Assembly: GCF_009914755.1 (NCBI RefSeq)
Contig: NC_060931.1
Length of the DNA stretch: 64,000 nt
Reading direction: 5' to 3' (one strand)
DNA from: the human T2T-CHM13v2.0 reference genome, Homo sapiens
Shown: piece by piece, positions 25,850 through 38,681 of the stretch
How the letters are laid out: the number at the start of each line of letters is the position of its first letter
Numbering within the stretch: position 1 is the first letter of the stretch
Position numbers and translations under genes: made by a program
Notes under the pieces: generated by a model
The model's input: only the letters and a program-made list of their open reading frames with translations
Databases searched by the model: none
What the model was told of the DNA's origin: nothing

Positions 25850-26520
25850 GCTGAGGCTCTCGGAGGACAGGACCCGCCCCGCGCTGCCAGTGCCGAAGCT
25901 TGGGTTCTCTGAGGACTGCGAGGGGGTCTCAGCACTGTGTCCACAGATGGGGCAGGGACCTCCGCAGGGAACCTTCTCTCGGCTGGGCCAGCCCACCCCA
26001 GGGGCTGTAGACGAGGGAGTTAATGAACACGGGATGGGTTGAGCCGCCTGGTTTGCCCACAGAGGGGCGAGGAAGGGAGTGGGGAGTCTGCTGTGAGCGG
26101 AGAGAGGACAGCCTGAGGCCTCAGGAACGCTGGCTGCCTGCCTGCAGCGGGAGCTAACGGGGCGTCTGTCGGGAAGGGGCACGGCCACAGGATTTAGGGG
26201 CAGTTTGGACACACTGGTCCGGTGAGCTTGATTTCAGATTCCGGGATCTGGTTTCGGAGTGGAGTTGTGGACTCTCCAGGACCCATCGCTGAGGAGCAGG
26301 AGGTTCTCCAGGGGCCATGGGGCCCGGGGCTCTGAGGGAGGCTCTGCACTCCCAGCATGAGGTCACCACAGGGCTAGGCCAGGGCCCAGACACAGCAAGC
26401 CACCAAGAGGAGGCCGGCCGGCGTGGAAGCCTCGCAGAGGGTGAATTCCAAAGAGGGCCCCTCCTGCTCTGAGACCCACACTCCCGAGCCACACTCAGCA
26501 GGTGACGTGCAACAAGACCC

Positions 26521-26550
26521 TTAGGGTTAGGGTTAGGGTTAGGGTTAGGG
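26521..26550 (+). repeat. Short interstitial telomeric sequence (TTAGGG)5
   Basis: Five exact TTAGGG hexamers. Confidence 0.97.
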
Positions 26551-26824
26551 ACCCCAGGCTCCATGCATGCCAGGGAGAGGCAGCGGTGTGCGAGGGCCTC
26601 CTGGTGCCTGGCAGACCAGGAGTGAATTTTGGCTGTCACCTTCTCTGAGTTACTCCAGTGTAGAGAGGCAAGGCCTGGGTCCAGGGTTGTCTCAGTCTCA
26701 GTGCAGCCCCTCAGAATGGGGGGCCCATGCCTAGCACCCTGGGTGGGGAGGAGCAGGCAGCTAGCTGGAGCTTCTGGCCCTTTTAAAAGAGGCCCCATTC
26801 CCTGGGCCTCGAGGGAGTGGCTGT

Positions 26825-26952
26825 GCACATTCAGACATGCACTGACCCATGTACACACACACATACACGCACACGTGTATGCACACTCACACGTATATTT
26901 GTACATACACATGTGCATACATCCACATGTACAGGTACACACAGGTATGCAC
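26825..26952. repeat. CA/TA-rich low-complexity tract
   Basis: Degenerate (CA)n. Confidence 0.8.
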
Positions 26953-27264
26953 GAAGGAGGTTCCCAAACCCTTTCTGCACCCCTTAGCTGCCTTCCAAAG
27001 GGACACGTCCTGATTTCCCTGTGGTGGGACACTGAGCATGCCCAGCTTCTGCGGGGCCAGGTGACGCACACGAACTCAGGGTCTGCTGAGGCAGGTGCAT
27101 TGGCGACGGTGGACAGCAGAGAAGTGGGATGCCTAGCGGCAGGGGCTCTGCCCTCACAGCTCCTCTGCCAGGCAGGGACCAGGTCCCGCTGTCAACCAAG
27201 GGAAGCCAGGCCCTGGCCACCCGGCCCTGCATTTCAGAGGGGGCAGCACCCAGTGTTCTGGGGT

Positions 27265-27380
27265 CTCAGTTACTGAATGAGCCTGGGCACCTGCCTGCCC
27301 TCTCTGGCCTCAGTTTACCCCCGTACTGCTGGGCGAGGGATCAGGGCATAGCGAAGGACCATTTCAGCTCCGCTGGTGCC
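27265..27380. mobile_element. MIR fragment
   Basis: CCCTCTCTGGCCTCAGTTTACCC core-like motif. Confidence 0.5.
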
Positions 27381-28694
27381 ACACTGCTGAAGTCCTGGCC
27401 GCTTTTTCCTGCATCCTGGGGTTTTCTGACAAAAGGGGAGCATGTTAGTGCTTGAAATGGCCTCACCTCTTGCTATTTTTGCAGGAAGCCTGAACGCAGT
27501 TGTTAAAAATAGAAATAATGAAGGAAAGCAGCAGCTTCTGCCCTTGAGTCCTGAGGCCAGGACAGGACTCCCAGGATCCTCTCCAGGCTTGTGATGATAA
27601 ATGATCATTGGGCTGCATTTGTCCTTAGCTAATTTATCCTTGGCCTAGAGAGAAAGTTTCTGCCTTTTTTTTTTTTTAAGAGGAAAGCTGGAAAGGTGCT
27701 TGAGGCCTAATAACTTTGCTTGGTCTTTTTTGGGCACTGGGCCCTGCATTTTCCACCTGGCAATGCTGTGTGGGGCTTCTTCCAGGCACTCTGTGGGCCT
27801 CATGCCGCCTGTGCTGGCCGGAGCCAGCGTGGCGATCAGACGTCTGGGTGTGCCCGGCACGACCCCACCTCGCCGCTCCCCTGAGCTGTCCTTCCCCTGC
27901 AGAGGGGCCAAGAAGCACCCCTGGGAGGCCATTAGTGTCAGCAAGAAAGGTACGGCAGGGCGGGGCCAGGACAGGGTGAACAGGACCCCAGCGCTTGGTG
28001 GCCACGAGTCCCAGCTCTGGGAGGAACAGGCCTTGAGGATGCAGAGAGGTTTGCATTGGCAAAAGTCTCGGCATCTCTCATTTTTCCCGTACATGCACCA
28101 CCACCGCTGCTTCCTGCTGTAGCCCCTCTCCGCCAAGAGGCATTCCCAGCCCCCAGGACCATAGAGAGGGGCAGGGGTCTTCAGCGTGGCTGAGGGCCAC
28201 CGCCTGCGGCACGTGGGAGGAAGCTGCCAACTACCCCCATCCCCTGAGCTGAAGTCTCCTTGCATCTGGGCCTTGATTTTTTAATGCGAGATGCAGCTCA
28301 AGGCTTGCGGTCATACTTCTGTCTTCAGGTGCGAAAACTGCGTTTTCTTCTTGAGTTCCGTGTTTCAGGGAGAGAATCGTGAAGAAACAGACTAAAGGAC
28401 TTTGTTGCAAGCTACAGTCATGAAGAAGGACACGTGGGTGAGGCTGGGAGCCCGGGGAGCCTGGTGTCAGCCCCAGTCCGAACAGCGGAGCCAGCAGGAA
28501 GACCCTGCCTCTGTGAGTGTGTGGGGTGCTTTGGAGATGGGGGTGTGTTTAGATTTTGTCTCTTCCATGTTATTCCCATGGCAGGCTCTGCACCAGTCCC
28601 CGGCGCTGCCTGCGGCATCTGATTCTGCCGGCGCTGCCCGCTTAGCTTATGGGTATGCAGAAGATCTGCATCATGGTTCCTGCTGAAGAAGGGA

Positions 28695-29050
28695 GTGTGT
28701 GGCTGTGTGTGTGTGGCTGTGTGTGTGTGCGTGTGCACAGGCATGCACACACCTGTGTTTACATGAACACATATGAATACAGTGTATGTGTACACACACA
28801 AACACGTGTGTGCATGTGAGGTACATGCATGTGCACATTTGCTTACATGTACGTGTGTGTGTGCACGTGCATACACATGTGCGATTGGCAAGTGTGTGCA
28901 TGCATATGTATATGGGCACATATATGTACAGGCATGTATGCACGTTTGTGTGTTTGGTGTGTCTATATATGTACGTGTATATGGCCACACACGGATACAG
29001 GTATGTATACACCTGTGCATGCACGCTTGCCCAGACACACAACTGCACAC
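28695..29050. repeat. Mixed TG/CA/TA alternating purine-pyrimidine tract
   Basis: ~350 bp of TGTGTG/CACACA/TATATG. Confidence 0.9.
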
Positions 29051-30227
29051 CTCCCTGCCCTGCACCCTGCCTTTGGGCTCTCCATCGTTGCTGCTGGCTG
29101 ATAGGTCTTGAAAGGCCCAGGCTGGTGAGTAAGTCCTGCCCCTCAGGTGGGCAAGACTGGGAACAGCCTATCTGGCCTTCTTCAGGTTTCCTCTCTCAGC
29201 CTGGAGGAGGGCAATAATGATGCAATTTCTTACAATAATGATACCTTACATTGCATAATCGTTCGGGTCACTCAAAATATTGAAAACAGTAGCACAGAAA
29301 GGTTAAAGGGTTCCACAGCAACTCAGCAGCACAGCCAGCACCACGAAGTCGGCCACCGCCCCACACTTTAGTCAGTTGGGTGACCTGGCCGGCCCTGGGA
29401 GGACGCCTCATTCAGCTGAAGCTCATCCACATCCACGTCAGGGGGCTCCTTGGTGTCCCGGAGATGCTGCCAGCTCCCAGCCCCAGGACGGGTGTGAGGC
29501 TGTGGCCCACGGGGTAGGTCCCACCAGGGTCTGAAACAGTTCCCTGAGGTGCAGGGAGGTGGGAGGCAGTGAATCCTGCTTTGAAAACTGACTTCAGCTG
29601 TTCAGGGTGGGTGGGGCGTGGGCTCAGGGGTGCAGCTGACGCGTAGGTTGGCTCCAGCTATCACCCCAGATCTGGTCCATCCGCAACAGCAGCCTTGCGT
29701 GTGGGCTGAGCAGTTGGTTGGCCACATCCAAGCTCTGTTGGGAAAAGAAATCCACTGGTGCCTGTGGTAGGAAACCAGTGCCTCATCCTTGGGCCGGATC
29801 AGGTGATCTGAGGGGTGGGAACTGCTGCCCCCGGCTTGGCTGTTCTCCATAAGCCGGACAGGCCGACCCATATGCGCGTGTGTGTGAGCTCGTGGTGAGC
29901 AGAGCCCTCCCCCTTCAGCGGAGGTCTGTGACCACCTCCCCGAGCTCCTTCCCTCCCCAGGGCACCGCCGAGGCCTGGCTGACATCACGGGGTGTCCTGC
30001 CCAAGGCCCTGTGGTTACTGGACACACTCAACCTGCTGCCTCTGGCCTTTTCCTCACTTTCTAAACCTTCTCTCCACTTCCCAGGGAACTCCTCCTGCAC
30101 AAGGCGTCTTGGCTCCTGCCCTGCTACACCGACCACGTCCCTCCCTCAGCCGGTCCCCGATACTGAGCACCTTAGAGGCAGCCACTCTTCGCAGGCCTGG
30201 TTACCTGTCTTGCACCATGTGCATCTC

Positions 30228-30841
30228 CTCCTGTGCATGGAGGAGGAAACCAAGGCTTCCAGCCCCAGAGCTCGCAAAGGCAGAGACCCCAGGCTCCCTG
30301 TGTGCTCCTGTGCATGGAGGAGGAAACCAAGGCTTCCAGCCCCGGAGCTCGCAAAGGCAGAGACCCCAGGCTCCCTGTGTGCTCCTGTGCATGGAGGAGG
30401 AAACCAAGGCTTCCAGCCCCGGAGCTCGCAAAGGCAGAGACCCCAGGCTCCCTGTGTGCTCCTGTGCATGGAGGAGGAAACCAAGGCTTCCAGCCCCGGA
30501 GCTCACAAACGCAGAGACCCCAGGCTCCCTGTGTGCTCCTGTGCATGGAGGAGGAAACCAAGGCTTCCAGCCCCGGAGCTCGCAAACGCAGAGACCCCAG
30601 GCTCCCTGTGTGCTCCTGTGCATGGAGGAGGAAACCAAGGCTTCCAGCCCCGGAGCTCGCAAACGCAGAGACCCCAGGCTCCCTGTGTGCTCCTGTGCAT
30701 GGAGGAGGAAACCAAGGCTTCCAGCCCCAGAGCTCGCAAAGGCAGAGACCCCAGGCTCCCTGTGTGCTCCTGTGCATGGAGGAGGAAACCAAGGCTTCCA
30801 GCCCCAGAGCTCGCAAAGGCAGAGACCCCAGGCTCCCCGTG
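30228..30841. repeat. 77-bp minisatellite (8 copies)
   Basis: TGTGCATGG recurs at 30232, 30309, 30386 ... 30771. Confidence 0.98.
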
Positions 30842-33426
30842 GGCCAGGACCACTGGCCTTTCCCTCCGCTGCTTGGGGCGTCCTGCAGTACCGGGCTCAG
30901 GGATGGAACCCTCACGCGGAGCCAGGACGAGCAGGCCACACAGAGGGAATGCCGACCACGTCCCTGAAGCCACAGTGGTGAGGAGGGGACTGTGCACTTC
31001 AGTGTGAGGTCGGGAAGGCAGCGTCCTGCTCGGATTGTAGAAACGGGCAGAAACCCCGACGTGGTCTCTCCTCGGTTTAACCGAGAAGATGCTGAGGCCT
31101 GGTATCCACTGTCCTCCCTCCCGAAGGCCAGACTCAAAAGGAGGAAGTACAGGAGGATGGTGCAGCTGGGCTTGTCCCCTCACGGCCCCAGATGCGGCCT
31201 CCGCCACGGTGTGGTCTCTGCATGCAGGCCCCTCCATGCTGCAAGAGGTGGCGGGCTCTGGGGCCGCATCGCACCCCCGATTCGTGTCCTCCAGCCTGTT
31301 TCCTCGCCTTAGGTGGGACGCGATCACCCGCCTGCGGGGAGTCTTGCTGCCGTGCGACAGTGAGTAGAGGCCGGGCACAGGCCCACAGCAGGCGCTCAGC
31401 AAACGCTCACTCCCAGGTCCCCGTGTGCCCGTCTAAGAACCGCGAGGCTTCAGGCCTCCAGGAGGTGTCTTGCGGGGGCAGCCGCTCTGACGTCGCCTCT
31501 GCCCACTGTGTCTGGATCCCTCGTGAGGGGCCCCCAGACCAGAGGCAGCCGAAAGGTAGAGTCCAGATGCGGAGGGAAAGACGTGATCTCCGAATTCCGT
31601 GATGACAGGTGGGCAGCGGCAGCTGGAATTACACACCAGTCCCACAGCTGTGGTTTTAAGCACTAATATTTTACAGGTAAGAAGCTCCATCTCCCACGGC
31701 AGATTGCAACCGTCAGGGTTGTTAGATTCGTGCGGACCGGACGATGCGTCTAAAGGAAAACGGACCCAGGCAGGAACAGCAGCGGCCGCCCGAGTGTTGG
31801 CAGAAGCAGGCCTGTTGCTGAATTGTGACGTTTGTAGAAATCGCTGTTTTAGCCGCTGTTGGCTCCTCTCAAGCTCCTGACAGTGATCCCAAGATCTGCT
31901 GGGAAGCACCTTCCCCGGCGACTCCTCGGGGACACCGGCTCCAGCTGCAGCCTCAAGTGACCCCTTTGCCGGAGTCCAAGAAAAGAGAAGCTGCTTCCGT
32001 GGACTCTTCTGTCCCAGATGAAGCCGCAGCGGCAGGAAGTGGTAGCTGGCTGCTCTCAGGGTTTATTTGGTTGGGACAAGAGGTCCCAAAGCTGTCCTTG
32101 GGAAGGAGCTTAGGCGGGGCTGAGCTGATGTGTGCCTCGAGGAGCGGAGGGAGAGACAGGGCAGGAGACAGGGAGAACACGGTCCAGAGGCAGCGGGGAA
32201 CAGTGGGAGGGAGAGCCGGGCCCTCTGCAACGCCGGCTGTGGGCTGGGACAACAGGGGAGGGTGAGGCAGTCCCAGCTCTCAAGGCCTCTGGCCCAGGAT
32301 GAGGTGTGAGATGGCCAAGCTGCCGTGGGGCCGCCCGGGAGGAGGAGAAGCAAACCCATCAAGGAGGGCTCACAGGCGTGGTGATATCTGACGAGGCTCC
32401 TGAAGGGTGGGTAAGAGTTTTCCAGGAAGGGTGGTTGGAGGGAGCACTAGGCGAGTGGCCGGCACGAACCAAGGCCTCGGGTCCCCAGAGCCCTGTATGG
32501 GTCGCAGTTGGGTCTTCCCAGGTTAGGGTTGAGGTTCGGGTTATGTCTCTTCCACAGCCCTTGAGAGCAATAGGATTTCAGCAAATGTAGCTTGTGTGGT
32601 TTCTGATGGTCAGAAATAATCCACATTTTAGGATTTCTGTAATCCTGTACTTTAAAACTGGCATCACAGACCATTGCCCCTGCAGACAGCAGCCTGGGCC
32701 TCCAAATGGAGGGGCCTGCGGGGGGATGAGCTGTCCGGAGGGTCCACACTGGAGGAGGGGGCAGGCCACGGCCCGGCTGGAGAGCCTCTGTGCCTAGTGG
32801 GCCCCGGAGCCCCAGGTCCCTGGTGCAGGGGGTGGAGGTCAGGCAGGCCCTGGGCAGCTGATTGCTGCCTGAAGCCCACCCTGAGGAGGGAGGGAGGCAG
32901 GGGAGGAGACAGAACAGATCCCTTGGGGGAAGCAAACCCACATTCCCAGACCCAGGAGCGCCCACGTCAGGGGGACCCCAGGGAGGGCCAGCCCTGCGTG
33001 TACACCCCTCCTGCCAGGACCCTGCTTCGGAGGTCACACCAGCTCCTTGTGGAATGGTCTGTTGGAGCGGACCTGACCTGGAGAATCCACGCCTCTCACA
33101 CATGGAGCTGGGCAACAGCTGGCACCCGCCCCCTCGGCCTCAGCCTCCCTGGGGGCTCCCCCGCCACAAGAGGGGCCGTCCCGGGTGCTTTGAGTGGAGT
33201 GAGCTAGAGAGTCGGATATTAGGGCCACCTAGGAGAGCCGGCCTTGTCCATCGCCTGGCCGGGGCTGGACTGACGTGAGCTGTCTCCAAGTCCAGGAGGA
33301 AACTCACAAACTCTGAGCTACACAGCAGGTATGAGTCCTGCTGCAACACAGTGCGCTTTAAAAAGTGTGAATAAATTGAAACTTCATGAAATAGCCTATA
33401 TTTACAATATCCAGACAAAATTACCT

Positions 33427-33592
33427 CTTTTTGTCTTTTATTTATTTAGTTACTGAGAGAGGGTCTCGCTCTGTCACCCAGGCTGGGTGCAGTCACGGCT
33501 GACTACAGCCTCGAACTCTCAGACCCAGAGGTCCTCGTGCCTCAGCCTCCTGAGTAGCTGGGACCACAGGTGGGAACCACCAGGCCCAGCTA
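33427..33592 (-). mobile_element. Alu monomer (FRAM / AluJ right arm)
   Basis: T-rich tail, then GGGTCTCGCTCTGTCACCCAGGCTGG...CTCAGCCTCCTGAGTAGCTGGGACCACAGG...CCCAGCTA. Confidence 0.85.
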
Positions 33593-33618
33593 GAATGCTT
33601 TAAAAAGAGTCATCTAAG

Positions 33619-33935
33619 GCAGAGGTAGAAGTTACAGCTCTAGGGCCCAAGTCAGCCTCTGTTTTTGTCCAACAGAGGGCTAAAAATGATGTTTATATCT
33701 TTAAATAGTTGGAAAATCAAGAGACTATTTTGTGACATGTGAAACTTATAGGAAATTCAAATTTTAGCATCCATAAACAAGGAGATGTGGGGACACAGCC
33801 ACACACACTCATCACGTGGGTCGAAGGCTGCTCTGGGCCACAGCGGCAGAGGTGAGCGTTTGCACCAGAGGCAGAGTGACCTCGAGGCCTGAAGCACACC
33901 GTCCAGCCCTTCACAGAGCGGCGTGCCAGCCCAGC
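33619..33935 (+). mobile_element. MER58B-like hAT-Charlie DNA transposon relic
   Basis: TGTTTTTGT...TTTAAATAGTTGGAAAATCAA...TTTGTGACATGTGAAA...GAAATTCAAATTT...CCATAAA...ACACAGCCAC...GGCTGCT...GGCAGAG...CCCTTCACAGA. Confidence 0.75.
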
Positions 33936-36900
33936 TCTCGGGCTCCCTGGCAAGGCTGGAGCCGCAAGGGGCTCGAGTTTCCCCTGCCCGCAGCCCCCAT
34001 AACTGGAAGCTGGCTCGCCCAGTGCCCTGATCCCACCCGCCGGCCCCTTCCTGTCCACACATCCCCGCTTTTCCCTGGAAGCCTTTGGTGACAAGTGCAG
34101 ACACTCTGCCCCTCATCGTCTGGGGTCCTTGGCCGCCTCTCACCTGTCCCCCAGGTGGCAGGTGAGGCCCTCGGGTCCACTCTGAAGGTGATGGGCTGAT
34201 GCTCCAGGCCGGACATCAGGCTCCGTGACAGCTGGTTCTACACCGTCTTCTCCGGCTGTCCCTGGGGTCACGCCCCTCTCCTGCTGCAGAAACTTGGGTT
34301 TCCTCCGTGAGGCTTAAATGAGAGCAGCCTCAGGACAGATGTCCAGGAAAGGCCAAGAGAACTCAAGCTTGACTGTTCCTCAAGCCTGCTCTTGACAGAC
34401 AGAAGTGGGTTGGGTGAATCTGAGGAAGAGGGGAGAGGGCCTCGCCCCATGGGGCAGGCTTGTTACCGTCAGGACGGGGCTGCTTTGGGTGCTGAGTCCT
34501 GGAAGCCGCTCGGACCCATCCATGACTTCTTATGTGTGCTGTCGGCAGCTGACCAGCGGCCACGCTATCCTGGACGCGTGGGGATGGAGCTACGGGGAGG
34601 GTGCGGTGGTGACTGCTCCACTGCAGAGCCAGGTATCGCCAGGGGCGCCAGGTGAGACCCAGCAGAGACACAGGTGGAAAGGAGTGAGTCCTCCAGGGTC
34701 CCCTGAACAGTCAAGTTCCACCCATTCAGTAGCTTCAAAAACAGGCTCACGATTTGGTGTGGGCCCTGGTCTCCAGCTGGGTTCCCTCACCTTACGGCTC
34801 CCCATGGTCACCGGCAACCCAGCATCCCACACTCTGGATGGGGGTCAGGAGTGGAGGCGACAGGAGGCGAGGAGGCGAGTGGGCGGCACAGACAAGGAGG
34901 GAGCCCACCCCTGCTCTAGACAGAGTTTAGGAGTGGAGGGGACCGAACAAAAGGAATCGTCTTCATTTCACCTTCTGGTAAGAACAGGCTTTAGCCAAGG
35001 AAAGGAGGGGTGGACGTGCAAAGCCCTCCCGTGCGGGAGCCCTGGGACAGAGGAACCATCCCACAGCCCCCCGGGAGCCGCCGATCCCCCCGACACAGCC
35101 CCCCGGGAGCCGCCGATCCCCCCGAGACTGGCCTGCACCTGCACATCTGGGGGGCGGGGCCCCGAATTGTCCTGCCACAGTGGCCCCGCCGGCAGGGAGA
35201 TCAGAGGAAGAAATAAAATCCTCAGGCCTCACCTGGGATCCAGATTCGAGGCCGGAAGAGCAGACTTTGCCGGGGGCACTCACGCAGATCCCCACGTCTC
35301 AGGGCACCGCAGTCCTATTACCATAAGCGATCATGCAAAGGTGTGGTAAAAGCCATCTGTCATTCATAAAATGTGATGATGCCTTTCTGCAAAGACATAA
35401 GCCATCCCGGGGCTCAGCCAAGAAATGGCCATAAAATCCGGCATAATGACCTCAAAGCACACTTTCCAATATAAAGAACTTTCTAGGCAGCTGTTTCCAG
35501 AATTTATCTGTGTGCAATAATTTTACACCTAAAACTATCACTGTGTTCTGTGTCTGGTGGCCTCTTTAGCAGTTCCTCCCCTGTAACAGCAAGAAAGTGC
35601 CTTCAACATGCTGATGGGCCCCGGGTCAACATGCTGATGGGCTCCGGGTGACCAGTGACAGCATCAGGTTCGCTTGACAATGGCTTTGCCGTCGGACACA
35701 GGCGCAGGTGCCTGGGGAGGTGCCGTCTGTCTTTGTGATCCCCCAGGTTGCCAGGAAGGAGGAGCTCATGCCTCTGTTGAGAAGAGCAGGTTTTGTCTTG
35801 GTTGGACTCAGAGACCCTGAGAGCAGGATTTTCCCTCCCAAGCGCTCCCCAGGGGGAGACCCCTCGGGCCAGGACTCCCAGGGCCCACACAGAGCCTGGT
35901 GTTCGGAGGACAGAGCCTGTGGGGACCAAGGGCAGGCACAGCTGGGCTCGCACCGACAGCTGGGGAGGGAGGGGGAGCTGGAGCCTGAACTGACCCCTTT
36001 GGTGGTGGGGTTGGTGGGGTACAGGGAGTCAATGGCCCAGCCCCAGCGACAGCACAGCAGCTTCCCCAGGAGGAAGGGGAGGCTGAATAGGAGAGAGAAC
36101 CCCACCTCCTCCACACCTGAGGCCGTAGCCCGAGGCTTTCACTCCAGACCCAGGCATGTACGGGCTCTGATAAGAGGTTCCCTGTAATTTATCCTCACTT
36201 GAATCTCAAATTTGCTTCTAAATATCCAATCTTTTTTGTCTAATGTATGCGTTTTCATCCCTAATCACCAAACCTGTAGATTACACTCATGCATGAAATA
36301 TTTGGTGAATACCTTTTAATTTTACAAAATGTCTCCTTCTGAAATTACTCCTCCGCACCCAGGAAAAAACAGAATGATGTCACTGCCAACTTCGAGGTAA
36401 AAGTATTTCGCAAATCTTAACAATTTTAGCTTCTACATGCACGTTAGGAAGTGTTGATGGACACAGGATCATACTCTACCTATTGGAGGAAGGAGACGAT
36501 TTAATTGATCATGTCTTCAATTCCTGTCCCCACCCTCCCCGGGCCCCTCTGTCCTGGGGGGCCGTGGCCTCGCGATGATCTAGGCTGTGACAGAGGAGCA
36601 CCCAAATCCTCTTCAGATTCCTTTCAACTCGGCTGTGACGTCTGCGTCTTCATAAGAAAGGACGTGTTTCCGAGCGGCCACTGAGAACTACAGGCAGGCC
36701 GACCGGCAAACCACCCACAGCCAGCACTGGGAGCTGCAGAAGCCACGGGGCCCTCACAGGGGTTCTCTGTCTCCTCCATGGAGGTGCTCCCTGTCTATCT
36801 GCTGGGCCCGCTCACAGGGCCCCTCCACGGATGGTGCCCGGCCTCCCTCACGTCCTCGAGGCGTCCCTCGGTCAGGTACTTAGAATCTGCGTCTCCCACC

Positions 36901-37139
36901 TGCTTTTCCCAAGGCTGCAGCTTCCCCTGGACAAGAGCGGAGCCTGGGCTCCCAGTGCCAGGTTACTAGCCCAGGACCTGGCCCCTGGCAGATGCTGGGC
37001 ATAGGCTTATGAGAGGACTGAAGTGGCTGTGTCTCCACGCAGCCGACAGCTTCACGAGAGAGAAGGGGAGGTCAAGGCCAAGATCCAGTGACAAGAGGAC
37101 CAGAGCCCCATGACTAGCAGGCCACAGATGGCAGCTAGT

Positions 37140-37265
37140 TTAGTCCTCACAACAAGGTGAGAGCCAGCAGCTCCCTCCCACAGCAGGAAACTGAGCTCTG
37201 AGAGATTCCCTGACATGCCCAGTGCCGTCTGGCTGGTGAGGGACAAGCCGGACCTAGCCCCCATG
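37140..37265. mobile_element. MIR fragment
   Basis: CCTCACAAC...AGGAAACTGAG-CTCTGAGAG...TGACATGCCC. Confidence 0.5.
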
Positions 37266-37930
37266 TGCTGGCTCCAAGCCCACCCTCAGCCCAGCCCCTC
37301 CCACAGCGCTGGCCTTTCCTTCCCACACCCCAACTGCTGCCTCCAGCACGGGGACCCCCAGGGAAGGGCAGGACCCTGGGAAGCAGATGTGGGCTTCTTG
37401 TTCCTAAGTGTCCAGAATTCCAAGATGGCTTAAACCCAGCATAGGGCTGAATGGGTGAGGCTGGCGAAGAGGTCAAGTTTCTCTGTAAAAATAGTGACCA
37501 CAATAATAGCAACGTGTGCTTTGTAGCAAAGACTCACTGAGACTCTGCGTGCAAAGTGCTAAGGCCGGCCCAGCTTGCGGCCACGCCAAGTGCCGTCTGC
37601 TGTGGGGCCAGCTCCTCCCTCCTCCTCCAGTTCCTCGGGCTGTCTGGTCTGGGGATGTGGCTTTGGGGCTCGGTGGCCTGCAGCCCATCCCCTTGCCTTC
37701 AAGGGCCCCTTAGGGCACAGAGCACCCCGTCAGGTAGCATCCCCAGGACGCGGGGCCGGCTGAATCCCTGGGTGCTGTGCCCTCTGCTCTGCCTTCTCCG
37801 GGGCCCCCGGCAGGATTGGCCTCCCCGACTCCGGCAGGAACTTGGTGCGGCTGTCCCAGCCCTGGGCATCTTCTCCCTCAGGCTGCGGCCTCACAGGGCC
37901 CACGAGGGTCAGAAAGCAGAGGTCTGGCTG

Positions 37931-38234
37931 TTTTGATTTTTGGGTTTTTATTGAGACAGGGTCCAGCTGTTGCTCGGGCCGGGCTGCGGTGGTGTGATCA
38001 CCGCTCACTGCAGCCTCGGTTTCCTGGGCTCAGGAGATCCTCCCACCTCAGCCCCCTGAGAAGCTGGGACTACAGGCACGCACCACCACGCCCGGCTCAT
38101 GTTTTTATTTTTTGTAGAGATGGGGTCTCCCTCTGTTTCCTCAGCTGCTCTCGAACTCCTAGCTCAATCAGTCCACCCACCTAGGCCTCTGAAAGTGCTG
38201 GGATGACAGGTGTGAGCCCCTGTGAGCCCAGCCC
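37931..38234 (-). mobile_element. Alu (AluJ-type)
   Basis: GAGACAGGGTC...GCTCACTGCAGCCTCG...CTGGGCTCAGGAGATCCTCCCACCTCAGCC...TTTTGTAGAGATGGGGTCTC. Confidence 0.9.
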
Positions 38235-38380
38235 CTGGACTTTTTTTGGACTCTTTCATATAACTAATATGTAGGCCTGGAAGTCTGGTCATTGCTTTAA
38301 GTAGTTTCTTGGTAGAGAACTAAGAATTCTATGTTTGAGAGGCCGTAGGGGCCACATCTGACCCACTTCCTTCTAACTAA

Positions 38381-38681
<301 letters not shown>

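Noticed and set aside
25346-25912. 188-aa ORF of (GEGPGQPSAG)n resembling silk, elastin or collagen
   Set aside because: Starts at TTG, coincides with the 30-bp VNTR, other frames are equally open, and there is no synonymous-site variation pattern.
29880-31402. Several 240-375-aa ORFs on both strands
   Set aside because: All arise from the stop-free 77-bp repeat; no exon context.
34405-35349. 314-aa ORF upstream of FAM20C
   Set aside because: No recognisable domain, non-ATG start, composition typical of GC-rich non-coding DNA.
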